64,000 nucleotides of DNA from an uncultured delta proteobacterium. GTDB taxonomy: Bacteria; Myxococcota_A; Polyangia; Polyangiales; Polyangiaceae. The notes below the pieces were generated by a model that was given only the letters and a program-made list of their open reading frames with translations, searched no databases and was not told the DNA's origin. Where the stretch lies: contig CAWJCS010000002.1 in NCBI GenBank assembly GCA_963841435.1, forward strand, positions 352,001 to 416,000. Direction: 5' to 3'. The first letter of the stretch is position 1. Every line of letters starts with the position of its first letter. A program made the translations under genes and the position numbers. Positions 39,221-50,725 of this stretch are shown in pieces.

Positions 39221-42200
39221 CTACCGAGACACCACGAAACGAGCAATCTCGGCAAAAGGGGCCATGCCGCCAGGGCTCTTCACTAGGTCCTGCAAGACAT
39301 AGTCCTCGAACATGTGTGCTTGCTGCTCAACGCCCGCCATTAGGAAGCGCAAGAACATCTCGTGGGGGGCGCTGCTCGCCGCGTACGCGTACGGATCGAT
39401 CCCCAGGAGGGAGCCTCCGATACCCAAAGAAAGACCGTCGGCCGTGACCGAAAGGAAATGCCCGTGGGATCGTTGCCAAACGTGAAACGCCTCGTGGGCG
39501 AGCGTTCCGGCGGCGTTGAGACTCTTGAAATTGACTTCGTTCGCAGCGTTCGACTTCACAAAATAGCTGGGCTTGAGCCAGATCTTCCGGCCGTACGGAT
39601 TCATCCCCACCGCGAACTTGCGCAATGCGGCGGGCATCGCCTCGACGTCGATAGAGTCGTAGTCGAGCGAACCACCATAGTAGCGCTTCAGAAACGCCCG
39701 CTCGTTCGCCGTGAGCGGACGCTTTCCATCTGCGTCCACATGATTGATCGGGTCGTTCCCACAGTACGCGTACACGTTCGTGTCCCCAGCCCCGAACCCG
39801 ATCGGATCCTTCGAAAGCCAGCGTCCGAGCGCGCCCGAGTAGTCTCGCGCGCCGAAGCGGGTGTAGCCGGTGTAAGCGTCGTCGAGGCCGCCCGCGAAAC
39901 CGAAGGGCTGGAAACCGGGGTTGGTGTCGCCCGTGACGTGGCCGAAGGCGTCGTAGTCGAGCTTTTGTTCGACGACGCCGGTCTGGGCGTTGACGACGAG
40001 GCGCACGCTGCCGACGTGGTCCTTGATGACGCGGTAAGGGACGCCGGCGCGCAGGATGTAGTCGGGGGCGCCGCCGATGGCGTCGTCGGCGTAGATGAAG
40101 TGCATGAAGATGCCGGCAGAGTTGACCTGGCCGACGGGACGCAGGCCGTCGCGATAGACCCACGCAGCGTCGAACTTACCGTCCACCTGGCGGGCGACGC
40201 GGCGGCCGAGGCCGTCCACCTTGTAGCTGATGACTCGCGTCGTACCCGAGCGGTTCTGCGTGACGGACAGGAGGTTGCCGAGCGCGTCGTAGACGAGCTC
40301 GTTGGCGTCGTCGCCGTCGCTCATGCGCAAGAGGTCGCCCTGCGGAGTTGCCTCGACGTCGGTGCTACCGAAGCGCGTCAGGCGATCCTGAGCATCGTAG
40401 TCGGCGTCGGCGACGAGGGCGCCATCGACGCTCACCGAAGTGCGGTTGCCGTTCGCGTCGTAGTCGTACTCCGTCGTGGTGCCGTTGACCGTCTCCTTCA
40501 CCAGCCGGCCGAGCTCGTCGTAGTCGTAGTCGATGCCGCGCTCGCCGTTGCCGATGATTTCGTCGATGTGCGTGATGCGGCCCAGTGCGTCACGCTCGAG
40601 CTTCTCGGTGAAGTTGACGTTGCCCTGGAAGGCCGCACGCAGACGCGACGGCTCGCCAAAACCATTGTAGTCGGTGGCCGTGGTCACCGTGCCGAGCGTC
40701 GTGTTCGTGATGAACCCGCTCTTCGCGTCACGCTCGATTTGGTACGTGACGTTGTTGGCGGTGGCCGAGGTCACGAGGCCGTCGTCGTCGTACGTGAACT
40801 TCGCCGTGCTCGAGCCGTTGACGGTCATCGAGGCGAGGAAGAAATTCTCGTCGTACTTGGCGGTGACGCTGCCGTCGATGGCGCCTGACCAGGTGCTGCC
40901 CGTCCAGAGTGGCCCGTCGTGGCTCAGCGTGACTTTCACGCTGTCCGAGCGATTGACGGACGTGAGCATGCCGCCCGAGTCGTAGCCATAGCTGATGGTC
41001 GCGTCGGGGATCTCGAGCGACTTCAAGCGGCCGCTCGCGTCGTCGTAGTGAAAGTCGAGGTTTTGACCGTCGGAGCGCGCGATCTGCAAGAGCTGCCGGT
41101 CGTCGTTGTAGTCGTAGCGGGCGCCGCCCACGGGCAGGTCGTTCTTGCCCGACCCGGAAACGGCCGGGGGCGTGCTGAGCTCGAGCAGGCTCGTCTTGGG
41201 CTGGTACGCGAAGGTGTGCGCGCCGCGGCCCGGAGGCGTGAGCGACAGGAGATTGTCGTCGTCGTCGTAGTCGAACGTGACCGCTTCGTCGTCGGGGCGG
41301 AGCAGCGACTGGATGCGCCCCACGAGATCCGACTCGTACTTCACGCGGTTCCCTTCAGGGTCTTCGCGCTGGGTTAGAAAGCCGTTGGCGTCGTATTCAT
41401 AGGCGACGCGGCGGACGTTGCCGTCGGCGCTCGCTGTCGTCTCGATGAGGCGCCCGAGCTCGTCGTACTCGAAGTGCAGCGACGGCAGCCCCGCCGCGAC
41501 GACGTTCGGTGCGGCGGCCGCGCTCGTCGAGCGTCGTCGTTCTCTGCCGGCCCACCGGCGTCGTCGTCGTGATGCTCCGATCGTCACGCAGGTAGAGCGT
41601 CTCGAACAACCGACCGTTCACGTCGGTGAGCTCGTCCCATTCCTCGACCGACAGCGCATTTTTGATGTCCGTCAGGCGCTTGCCGCGCATCTGGGCAACC
41701 TCGAGCGTGGAGCCGCTCGGAAGCTTGGTGGTGACGGTGCCGGGGTAGAGGGCCTGAGCGCCAAAGGCGGGGTCAGGGAGCAGCAGCGCGGTGGTCGTGC
41801 TGCCGTCAGCGCTTTTGAGCGTCCGGCTGATGGCCGTGTCGTCCCAGCGCACGATGCTGCTGTCGGGCAGATGGACCACGCGCTCGAGCGTCCCGCCGAG
41901 CCCTGCGACGAAATCGTAGGTCGTCTGGCGGCCGGCAGCGGTGGTGACCGAAACGCTCGTGCCGCCTTCGATCGCAACGCGCTCCAGGGTTTCCGTGTAG
42001 CCCGTCGGGTCGGTCGTGCTCGTGAGCGCGCCGTCCACGTACACCGCGTTGGTGATGCCACCGAGCGGGTCGGTGACTTTGGAAATTAGATCCGCGTCGT
42101 ACTCGAACGCGGTATCCCGACCGAGCGGGTCCGTGACTTTGTCGATACGGCCGCGATCGTCGAGCGTGACTTTGGTTTCTTGCAGGAAGGGCCCCTTGAA

Positions 42201-45200
42201 GCCCGTCAGATTGCCGCTCGGGTCGCGGTCGACCAGCGTGACCTGGCCGTTCTTGTCCTTGAGCGTCTCGAGGTGACCTTGCTCGTCGTAGCCGAGCTCG
42301 AGCTCGGTGACGCCGGTCACGGCATCGATGGTCGCCTCGTGCCGCCCGCGCTCGTCGAAGCGGAACAGTGTGGTGCCGTCGGTCGAGGGGACCAGCGACT
42401 GATCCGCTGACAGATCGGGCAAGCCGGGCGCGACCTTGAAGACGCTTTCACGCGTGGCCACGAACAGCGCGCCGTCGCGCCCCACGGCGATGCCGTCCGG
42501 CTCGGTGATGCGCACCTTCTCGGCGAGCTGCCCTTCCTCGAGGCTGGCGTCGCCTCCACCCATGACGGTCTGGATCAAGCCCTCGGTCGTGACCCGGCGG
42601 ATGCGATCGTTCCATTGATCGGCGATGTAGAGCGAGCCGTCTTCCGACAGAGCGAGGCCGCGCGGGCCGTTGAGCTCGGCGTTCTGGGCGCTGCCTCCGT
42701 CACCGGAGAAGCCGGGCGTGCCGGTGCCGGCGACCGTCAGGATGATGCCGCCTGGCGTCACCTTGCGGACGCGGTGGCCGCCTTCCTCTCCGTCGACGCC
42801 GCGCTCGGAGATGTACACCGTGCCGTCGGGGGCCGCGACGACAGCGCTCGGCTCGACGAGCGTCGCCTCGCGCGCCGGCAAACCGTCCCCGCCTTCACCG
42901 CCACCTGCGAACACTTCGAGCACGCCGCCCTCGAAGCGAAACACGCGATCGATGTCGACGATGTAAAGCTCCTCCCGCGGCCCGAGGGCGAGCCCGTCTA
43001 CCTTCGCGAGGTCCGCCACGGCCACCGGATTGTCCGAGGCGGGACCGACGAGCGTGCTGACGGCTCCGCCCGGTGCGATGGCGCGCACGGCCTTCTTGCC
43101 GAAATCCGACACGATGATGGTGCCGTCGTCCTTGACCACGACCCCCTGGGGCGAGCCGAGCACGAGGTCGCCCGCCTCGCCGCTCGCTCCGGCGCCGGCC
43201 ACGACCGTCGTCACTCCCTCGGGGTCGATGCGCAAAATCCTGCCCTGCGGGTCGAGTGAGTCCTCTTGGTCGTCAGTGACGATCAGGCTGCCGTCGGGCG
43301 CGACGCCGATTCCGTCCGGCGTGCCGAGGTCTTCTTGATTGCTCGGGCGCGTGACGACGAGGGCCACGTTCTGCGCGGTGCGAAGGTCGCCCGTGCCGAA
43401 GAAGATGGTCTGGCTCGCCGGATCGTAGGCGTGCAAAACGTCGAGACCGAAGCCGCCGAGCGCGTAGCCCTTCGCATCCCAGACGCCGATGGGTACTTCC
43501 TGCACCTGGGACAGCACGGCGTCGCCGATCGGCGTCGTCTCCTCTGTGGTCCCGGGAATGCCGAAGCCTTCGCCCGCCGCGACTTCGCCGTCGAAGACGA
43601 AGCCGGTGACGACGCGCGCGATCTGCGGCCCCTGAACGAGCCGCCCGAAGCCGTCCTTGCCGTCCCACGACACGACCCGTTTCAGGTTCGGCTCGGGCGC
43701 GAGGGTCTCCTCGAGCGTCTGACCCGCGACCTCGACGACGGAGATCACCTGCTTTAGCCCCGCGGGAACGTCGTCCGAAAGCAACGGTAGCTCGAGCTGG
43801 AAACCGGGCCCGTAGCTCGTGGTGCGGTCGGATTGATAGTGAAGGGAATAGGGTGTCCCGGCGATCGGCACCGCTTGCGACAGCGCTTGCGGCTCGACCA
43901 CGGCGGCGCCGCGACGGGTCGGTTCGTCGAGGACGCGCGTCGCGATGCCCTGGACGTTCGGGGCGATCGCATCCGGGGGCGCCTCGACCGGGAACAGCAT
44001 GTCCCACGAGGAGAAGTGGTTGACGCGCGAGCGCCAGAGCGTCGCGCCCTTCTGGTAGCGGGCGCCGAGCGCGGCGCGTTCGTCTTCGGTCACGCCGGCG
44101 TCGAGCGCGGCGCTCGCAGCGTCCTCGGCGCCGTCGCCGTCGAGATCGAGGACGGCCTTGCCGTTGACGATGTCCAGGACCTCGATGACGCGGCCCGTGT
44201 TGCCGTGCTGCCACTGGCTCTGCTTCTTTTCGTAGTAGCCGAGCGGGACGGAAGAGCCGACGGGTAGGTCGAGGAAGTTCTCGACGTAGACGCTGACCGG
44301 GGTGGAAAGCGCGACGCTCGTGGCGCCAAGCGCGTCGGCCTCCGCGACATCGATCGAGAGGCCGTAGCTCAGCCCACCGGAGACCGGGAGCGTGCCGGGA
44401 GCGAAGCGGGCGGTCGAGACCCAGTTTTCGGCCGTCGGCGGCTCGAAGGGGTACTCGGTGACGCGCAGCGACGCGGCGTCGAGCTTCTTCTGGTCACCGC
44501 CGGGAAGCCGCGCCGTGAGCGTCGTCCCCGGGCGGAACACGAGAAAGGGCTGGCGGGCCCCGAACGCGTCGTCGATCGGGTCGCCGACGGCGGTCTGGGT
44601 CCCGGTGCTGCCGGAACGCACGGACGAGAGGTGCTCGCTCGCCGCGATCATGCCGACCTCGGGGAGCCGGTCGTAGCGCTGCCAGCCGGGCAGGGCGCTC
44701 CGCTCGACGCTCAGGTAGCCCCCGCGCTCGTAGCGGAACACGAGACGCCCGCCGCCATTCACCGCCAGGTCGAACAGGCCGTCGGGGCGCGATTCGGTGT
44801 AGCCGTACTCGTCGTGTCCCACCACCGAGACGCGCACGCCGGCGAGGGCCTCGCCGGCGCGATCCACGATTTTACCACGCACGATGGCCACGCGGCGCCG
44901 GTCGAACGCCGAGGGTTTCGCATCCTTTTGCAGTGGGTCCGCGCCGGAACAAAGAAACGTGGCTGCGAGGTCCACCGTGGTTGCCACCGAGCGATCGAGC
45001 GCGGGGGCGAGGCCACAAAAAGGCGTGGTCAGCCGGCAGTCGAGATCGTCGCAGTCGGCGCGGCCATCGTGATCATCGTCGGCGCCGTTGTCGCAGGCGG
45101 TTTCCGTAGCGCCAGGCTCGGCGGAAGGACCGGCACCATGGGGCGCCTTTTCGCCGCCGCAAGCGGCGACGAGCAAGAAGAGCAGGCACAGGGAAGCCCG

Positions 45201-45221
45201 AGGGCGAGGGGGGAGCGTCAT
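39221..45221 (-). CDS. Teneurin-like Rhs/YD-repeat lipoprotein (~2000 aa) with C-terminal HEXXH domain; +1 frameshift near 41515
   Basis: Lipobox VAAC; Cys/Asp motif; GYTESRPDGLFDLAVNGG; FN-plug-like region; NHL repeats; YD repeats; core PFGFAGG...RFGARDY...GRWLSKDPIG...DPINHVDADG; HEAFH. Confidence 0.9.
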
Positions 45222-45326
45222 GCCAGCCGATCGGGCGCGCGAAAACGCTCGTTGCAACAAAGTGCGTCGGGCGCGAAAACAATCGAAGCGCAACGAGCGG
45301 GGCGCGGCGACCGAAGGGACCAGGTG

Positions 45327-45509
45327 ATGTCCCGGTGGTCCTTTGGTTCGGGTGGTTTCCACGACGAACGAGGCAGCGTCAGTGTGGAGTACGCGGTGCT
45401 GCTCTGCGTCGTGGCGATTGTTTGCGCCTTCGCCGTCGCCGCTCTCGGTGCCCCGCTCGTCACGGCCTACGAGGGCCGCGTGACCCTGCTGCTGCTGCCT
45501 TTCCCCTGA
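45327..45509 (+). CDS. flp: Flp-like pilin
   Basis: DERG|SVSVEY followed by a hydrophobic helix; 60 aa. Confidence 0.75.
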   Translation: MSRWSFGSGGFHDERGSVSVEYAVLLCVVAIVCAFAVAALGAPLVTAYEGRVTLLLLPFP

Positions 45510-45625
45510 GCGCTGCAAGCGACCGGAGAATCTTGCAACGGCCGAAATGGCCCGACCGAAGGGGAGGGGAAACGGGAGCGGGGCCGCCCGGACGGTCTTG
45601 TCCCGCAAAAGGAGCAATCGAAGCC

Positions 45626-45850
45626 ATGAAACGACTCATCAAGAACATCAAGCGCTTCACCGGAGGCCACGTGGTCGTCGCGGACGAGCGAGGGCTCTCG
45701 ACGGTGGAGTACGTCATCATCCTCGTGCTGCTCGCCGTGATGGCCATCGTGACGTGGCGCAGCTTCGGCGACGCCATCAAGGGTCAGGTCAACAGCGCAA
45801 CGAACGACATCAACGATCTTCGTTCGGGTGATTCCGCTCCGAGTCAGTAG
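45626..45850 (+). CDS. flp: Flp family type IV pilin, probably the major pilin
   Basis: DERG|LSTVEYVIIL Flp motif; AAGGAG RBS. Confidence 0.92.
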   Translation: MKRLIKNIKRFTGGHVVVADERGLSTVEYVIILVLLAVMAIVTWRSFGDAIKGQVNSATNDINDLRSGDSAPSQ

Positions 45851-45873
45851 CTCGAAAGCGGGACGACTTCAGC

Positions 45874-46428
45874 ATGGCCCCTTCCCTGATCGTCGACTCC
45901 GCCTCGCTTCTCGTGGGAGGCGTGGGCGCGGTCTGGGACGCCCGTTCCGGGCGCATCCCCAACCGCCTCACGCTCCCCGCGGGGGCCCTGGCCATCGTGC
46001 TTCACGTGGCGCTCGGCGGACTTTCAGAGGGCGTGGAGAGCATCCTCGGGCTGTTGCTCGCCGGGCTCTTGCCGTTCGTGCTTTCGAAAGCCACCCGTGG
46101 CCGCGCCATCGGTGGCGGCGACGTGAAGCTGTTCGCGGCGCTCGGCGCCCTCGAGGGGCCACTCGTCGGGCTCCAAATAGAGCTCTGTGCCTGCATTTTG
46201 CTCAGCACGTTCGCGCTCTTGCGCCTGGCCTTCGCGGGAAAGCTCCTTCGAGTGCTCGGCAACGCCCTCCGCTTGTTCGCCAACCCGCTCCTGCCGGCGC
46301 GCTTTCGAAAGCCCCTTTCGCCCGAGGCGCTCACCGAGCTTCGCATGGGCCCGGCGATTCTCGGCGCGGTCTTTTACGCGTGCTTCGCCAACCAGCTGGC
46401 ACGGTGGGTGCCGTGGCTCGCACTCTGA
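45874..46428 (+). CDS. cpaA: Prepilin peptidase A24 (CpaA/TadV)
   Basis: WDARSGRIPNRL and GGGDVKL catalytic Asp motifs. Confidence 0.92.
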   Translation: MAPSLIVDSASLLVGGVGAVWDARSGRIPNRLTLPAGALAIVLHVALGGLSEGVESILGLLLAGLLPFVLSKATRGRAIGGGDVKLFAALGALEGPLVGLQIELCACILLSTFALLRLAFAGKLLRVLGNALRLFANPLLPARFRKPLSPEALTELRMGPAILGAVFYACFANQLARWVPWLAL

Positions 46429-46442
46429 GCTCCGGGGTCGCG

Positions 46443-47358
46443 GTGCGCTACGGCGCACGCTCGGTGGCGGCCACGGGTCGCGACGAGCGTGGCGTCGTGT
46501 ACCTCGAGTTCTTGCTCGCGTTCATGCCGGTGTTCGTGCTGTTCCTCGCCGTGTGCCAGCTCTCGCTGCTCTACACGGGAGCGCTCGTGGTCCGGCATGC
46601 TGCCTACGCGGCCGCGCGCTCCGCCATCGTCGTGCTCGAGGACGACCCGGCGCGCTACGAACAGGTGCCGCGCGGCATGCTCACGACCGAGCCCCCCGCG
46701 CCCGGCACCGGGCCGGCGTCGCTACTCGCCACCCTGGGCCTTGCCACGGGCGCGAACCCGGCGGCGCTCGCGCAGCAGGCCATCTCGTCGGTCGAACAAG
46801 CCGCGGCGGGGAGCTCGAACGACCACGATTTTCCGCCTCAGCAGGGCGCCCGCATGGTGACGATCCGCACGGCCGCCTACCTCTCGCTCATCACCCTCGC
46901 GCCCAAGGCCCCGCCCGCGGGCTCCCGCAACGATACGCTGAGAGCCAGCATCTCGCAGGATTTCTTCGCGGATCTCGGCCTCGGCCCTCGCGTACACGGA
47001 CGCCGCGGCCGTCGTCACGCTGCACGTCGGCGGCACCGAGGCGCTGGCGGCGGAGCCCATCCCGCTCGACGCCCCCGTCACCGCGAGAGTCACGTACCTC
47101 TACACCTGCAAGGTTCCCATCGTTCGCGCGCTCATCTGCCGCACGCTCGCCTCCCTTTTGCCCGCGGGTGACGAAGGGCAGCCTGGAAATGGTGACGAGC
47201 CCACGCCGGCGCAGGCGCTCGCCGACCGCCTTCGCCTCGCGGAGCGTCCAAGCTGGCTCACGATCGTGATGGAGCCCGGCGCGCGCGTCAGCGTGATCGA
47301 CGCTGCGGTGACGCTGCCGAACCAGGGCGCTCACTACGAGCACACGGAGGGCGGATGA
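46443..47358 (+). CDS. TadE-like minor pilin; +1 frameshift near 46980
   Basis: DERG|VVYLEFLL...VRHAAYAAARSA; removing one C continues as ALAYTDAA...VTYLYTCKVP to the stop overlapping the next ATG. Confidence 0.8.
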
Positions 47359-49172
47359 CCCGCCACGAAACCCGGCTCGACGAGCGCGGCGCGATGGCGC
47401 TGGTCACGGTCTTCTTCGCCGTCTTCGCCGTGGGCATGCTGTACGCGTTCGTGGGCAGCGTCGAAGCGGTGTTGTTTCGCGAGCGCATGCAGGATGCCGT
47501 CGACTCTGCGGCGCTCTCGGGCGCCGTGATGCACGCGCGGAGCATGAACTTCATCGTGCTCGTCAACATGGTGATGGCCGCGCTGCTCGCGATCCTCATC
47601 GCCATCAAGCTCGCCGAGACGCTGGCCATCATCGGGATGATCATCGCCGCGGTGCTCGCCTGGCCGACGTTCGGCGCGAGCCTCGCCGCCATCCCCGTGC
47701 TCAAGCCCGTGCAGGAAGCGTTGCACGACGCGTACGACTCGCTAAAGGGGCCCGTCGACACCGCGCTCGAGGGCCTGCACACGCTCTCGAGCGCCGTCCA
47801 GGCGGGCGCCGTCGTCGCTGCCGAGCTCCAGGCGCAAAGTGATCTCGAGAAGCACTGGAAGCCTCCCGTGAAATTCGGCGCGGTGATCGGGCGCGTCGAG
47901 CTCACGCTGCCGCTCGAGGACGACTCCTTCGGCGTGCTGTGCGAGCACGGCGGCGAAACGGCCGCGGAGCTCGCACTGTTGCCGCTCGATCCGGTGTTCG
48001 ATGCCGTCCCACCGTTCGCCAAGGCGAAAGGCGCGCTGGTGTCCGCCACCGGGGAGATGACCGGCGCCATGCAGAGCTGGTTCTGCGGGGGAAGCAACGA
48101 CCACGCCCCCACGTTCGAGCGCACGGTCGAGCGCGCCTATCCGCGCTTCGCGGCGAACGACCTTTGCGAGGACACGAACGCGCCGCCCGAGGAGTCGGCA
48201 GACGCCTGCAGCGAGGCCAGCCGGTTCGACGAGGACTCGACGCCCGACAAGGACACGGGAAAGTGTCGAGCTGGGACGAATTGCTCGATCGGCGGGCCGT
48301 ACGAGCAGCGCGTCGCCGCGGCTCGCGTCCAGTGCGACCCGCAAACGCAGCCCACGCCGTTCTTCTACTGGTATCAGCTCCGACAGGGTCACGTTCGCTA
48401 CCTCTGGAACGTCAACCACTGGGAGCGGCAGGAGCCGACCTACGACCCTCCCACCGTCTACCCGCCCGATCTCGAGCATGCGCCGTCGACGACGCGCCCT
48501 CCCTGCGGCCCGCCCCGCACCAACCGCGTTTACGCCGACGGCTACAACGTGACCGTTCGTCGCGCCAGCGACGTGAACGAGGTGCTGCCGGTGTGCAGCA
48601 CCGAGCAGCCGCCGCTCGCTGCTCCGTTGATCACCCGAGGAACCGACCCGGACGAGCCCATCTATTCGGCGCCGATCACCTTCACGGAGGTCACGCACAT
48701 CCTGGGCTGCAAGAAGAACGTGCAGGTGTCGCTCGGCGGCGGGGACGACACGCCGCCCCAGAGCGACGGCGACTCGCGCTCACCCAAGCGCGTGCTCGCC
48801 GGGGTCGATCTCGGGGCGGAGGATTTCCAAATCCGCGGCTTCGTGGTCGGCGATTTCGACGCGGGCAGCGCGTCACGGCTGGTCCGACTGTCGCTCTTCG
48901 GGCGACGTGCACCGGAACAGCCGCTCGGTGAGCTCAGAGCGCTCGGCAACGTCGCGGTGGCTCAGACCGAATACTTCTACGACGGCGCGGAGGGTCGTGA
49001 CGCTTGGATGTGGAACATGAAATGGCGCGCGCGTCTCAAGCGCTTCAAGGTGCCCGAGTCGGGCGCGCTCGACGGGTTGACGGGCGCCTGCGGCGCGGGA
49101 GAAGGGGGCGAGACGGGCTGCGGCGCGCTCGGCGACGTGCTCGGGCGGCTGGGCGATCTGATCGCGCATTGA
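47355..49172 (+). CDS. Large TadG-like minor pilin with a Cys-rich insert
   Basis: DERG|AMALV, MQDAVDSAALSGA...ARSMN, C-terminal MWNMKWRARL. Confidence 0.8.
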   Translation: MTRHETRLDERGAMALVTVFFAVFAVGMLYAFVGSVEAVLFRERMQDAVDSAALSGAVMHARSMNFIVLVNMVMAALLAILIAIKLAETLAIIGMIIAAVLAWPTFGASLAAIPVLKPVQEALHDAYDSLKGPVDTALEGLHTLSSAVQAGAVVAAELQAQSDLEKHWKPPVKFGAVIGRVELTLPLEDDSFGVLCEHGGETAAELALLPLDPVFDAVPPFAKAKGALVSATGEMTGAMQSWFCGGSNDHAPTFERTVERAYPRFAANDLCEDTNAPPEESADACSEASRFDEDSTPDKDTGKCRAGTNCSIGGPYEQRVAAARVQCDPQTQPTPFFYWYQLRQGHVRYLWNVNHWERQEPTYDPPTVYPPDLEHAPSTTRPPCGPPRTNRVYADGYNVTVRRASDVNEVLPVCSTEQPPLAAPLITRGTDPDEPIYSAPITFTEVTHILGCKKNVQVSLGGGDDTPPQSDGDSRSPKRVLAGVDLGAEDFQIRGFVVGDFDAGSASRLVRLSLFGRRAPEQPLGELRALGNVAVAQTEYFYDGAEGRDAWMWNMKWRARLKRFKVPESGALDGLTGACGAGEGGETGCGALGDVLGRLGDLIAH

Positions 49173-49182
49173 CGAGGCGACC

Positions 49183-49683
49183 ATGACGAGACCTGAACGG
49201 GGACGAGCACCAAGGCACGGCGCGAGCGCAGGGCGCGGCGTGGCAACCGCCGAGGCCGTCGTCGCCTTGCCCGTCCTCGTGCTGCTCTTCGTCGCGCTCT
49301 TCTATTTTCGCGATCTGTCGGCCGCGCGGCACGAGGCCGCCATGCAGGCGCGGAGCTGCGCCTGGCTGTACTCCGCCGGCAACTGCCGCACGGTGCCGCC
49401 CGGCTGCGAGCTCGAAACGGAGCCGGCCGTCGACGATCCGCCGATCCCCTTACCCGACGCGGGCCCCGTGTCCGGCATCATCGACGGCCTGTTGAAGAAG
49501 GCGCTGCGCAGCATCTTCGGCGACGCGGCGGTCGCGACGGCCCATCGCGACGTTCGCCGTCCCGCGCCGCTCGGTAAAAGCAGCGTGCGCGTCTCGTCCG
49601 AGTATCATCTCCCCTGCAACCTCGCGCCGAGCCGGCCCCTCGACGTCGCCAAGGATGCCTGGAGGATCTGGTGGGGGCCATGA
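49183..49683 (+). CDS. TadE-like minor pilin
   Basis: GRG|VATAEAVVALPVLVLL, ARSCAW. Confidence 0.78.
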   Translation: MTRPERGRAPRHGASAGRGVATAEAVVALPVLVLLFVALFYFRDLSAARHEAAMQARSCAWLYSAGNCRTVPPGCELETEPAVDDPPIPLPDAGPVSGIIDGLLKKALRSIFGDAAVATAHRDVRRPAPLGKSSVRVSSEYHLPCNLAPSRPLDVAKDAWRIWWGP

Positions 49684-50630
49684 CGCGCCTCGCTCGCCCG
49701 AGCCGGCCCTCGCTCACCGTCATCGAGCCGACCTTCGAACGGAAGGCGCGTCGCGCGATCTCGACGGCCATTGGCGCCCTTCGCGTCGCGCTGACGCTCG
49801 CCGCCCTGCTCGCTCTCGCCTCCCTCCGTTCGGCGCACGCCGCCGAAGAAGAGGTCGGCGCCCGTCTCTCGCGGTTTGGGGAAGCGCTCAGCGAGCTCGA
49901 AGGGCTTCATCCGCACTCGGCGCCACGCCGACTCGTCATGAACGGCATGGAGCTCGGCGTCCTCGGCATGTCCACGGAGCTCGAGCTCGACGAAGCGCTC
50001 GAGCGGCTCGAATCGACTTGCGGGCGAGGCGGGCTCGACGTACCCGGGGCGCTACTGCACGAGCCGGGAAATGCCCCGGGCGGGGGCGCGCTCGGGCGGC
50101 TTTCTCGCGGCGTGCTCAGGCAACGGAGCGGCGACCGCGGCGTGCTCGCCTGCCTGGACACCGGGGAGCGCCTCGCTCGGACCACGCTCGCCGAGCGGCT
50201 CGGTCGCCTGGCGAAGACCGGCGATCTTGGCGCCGTGGGGGCACTCCGGTTCGCTTTCCTCAGTCGCACGGGCCGAACGACGACCGTGCTTTTCATCTGG
50301 AGCACCGGCAGCCTGCCGATCCTTGCGGCGTTTCCGAAGACGGGTGATGCGCCGGGCCGCGATCTCGACGGCATCCCGCGGCCCGAGGGGTCGCGCCGTC
50401 TGCTCTCCGCCGCCGAAGCGGGCTCGCCGTACGCGCTCGGCTTGTACGAAGACGCAGCCGCCTCGCCCAATCCGCTCGCCACGTACGCCGCCCTGCTCGG
50501 CGCGCGCGGCTTCACCGTGACGCGGGTCTCCGGCGAACGATTGTGGGCCCGCCTGGGCACCCGGGAGCTCGTCGTCAGGGTGACCAGGCACGGCTCGAAA
50601 GCGCTCTATTCACTGGCCCTGCTCGGCTGA
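49680..50630 (+). CDS. Exported hypothetical protein of the Tad locus
   Basis: ATGA-coupled; signal/TM ending AHA-A; GDAPGRD...PRP...RRLLSA motif. Confidence 0.7.
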   Translation: MTRLARPSRPSLTVIEPTFERKARRAISTAIGALRVALTLAALLALASLRSAHAAEEEVGARLSRFGEALSELEGLHPHSAPRRLVMNGMELGVLGMSTELELDEALERLESTCGRGGLDVPGALLHEPGNAPGGGALGRLSRGVLRQRSGDRGVLACLDTGERLARTTLAERLGRLAKTGDLGAVGALRFAFLSRTGRTTTVLFIWSTGSLPILAAFPKTGDAPGRDLDGIPRPEGSRRLLSAAEAGSPYALGLYEDAAASPNPLATYAALLGARGFTVTRVSGERLWARLGTRELVVRVTRHGSKALYSLALLG

Positions 50631-50725
50631 CTGGGCGCCCGCGAGAGCTTTCCTGCAACGACCGAGGGCCTGCTGCCGATGAGGGGGTGAGGGCGCCCGG
50701 CAGCGAGCGGCGCTCCGCGAGGACC

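Noticed and set aside
39221-45221. T6SS or Tc-toxin Rhs effector
   Set aside because: No PAAR, VgrG or TcA/TcB genes in the window, and the protein carries a lipoprotein signal and a teneurin-like N-terminus
39221-45617. Two separate genes (ORFs 39221..41587 and 41397..45617)
   Set aside because: YD repeats continue across a one-base shift (LDERGR to PNVVAAGLP); true start is the lipoprotein signal at 45221
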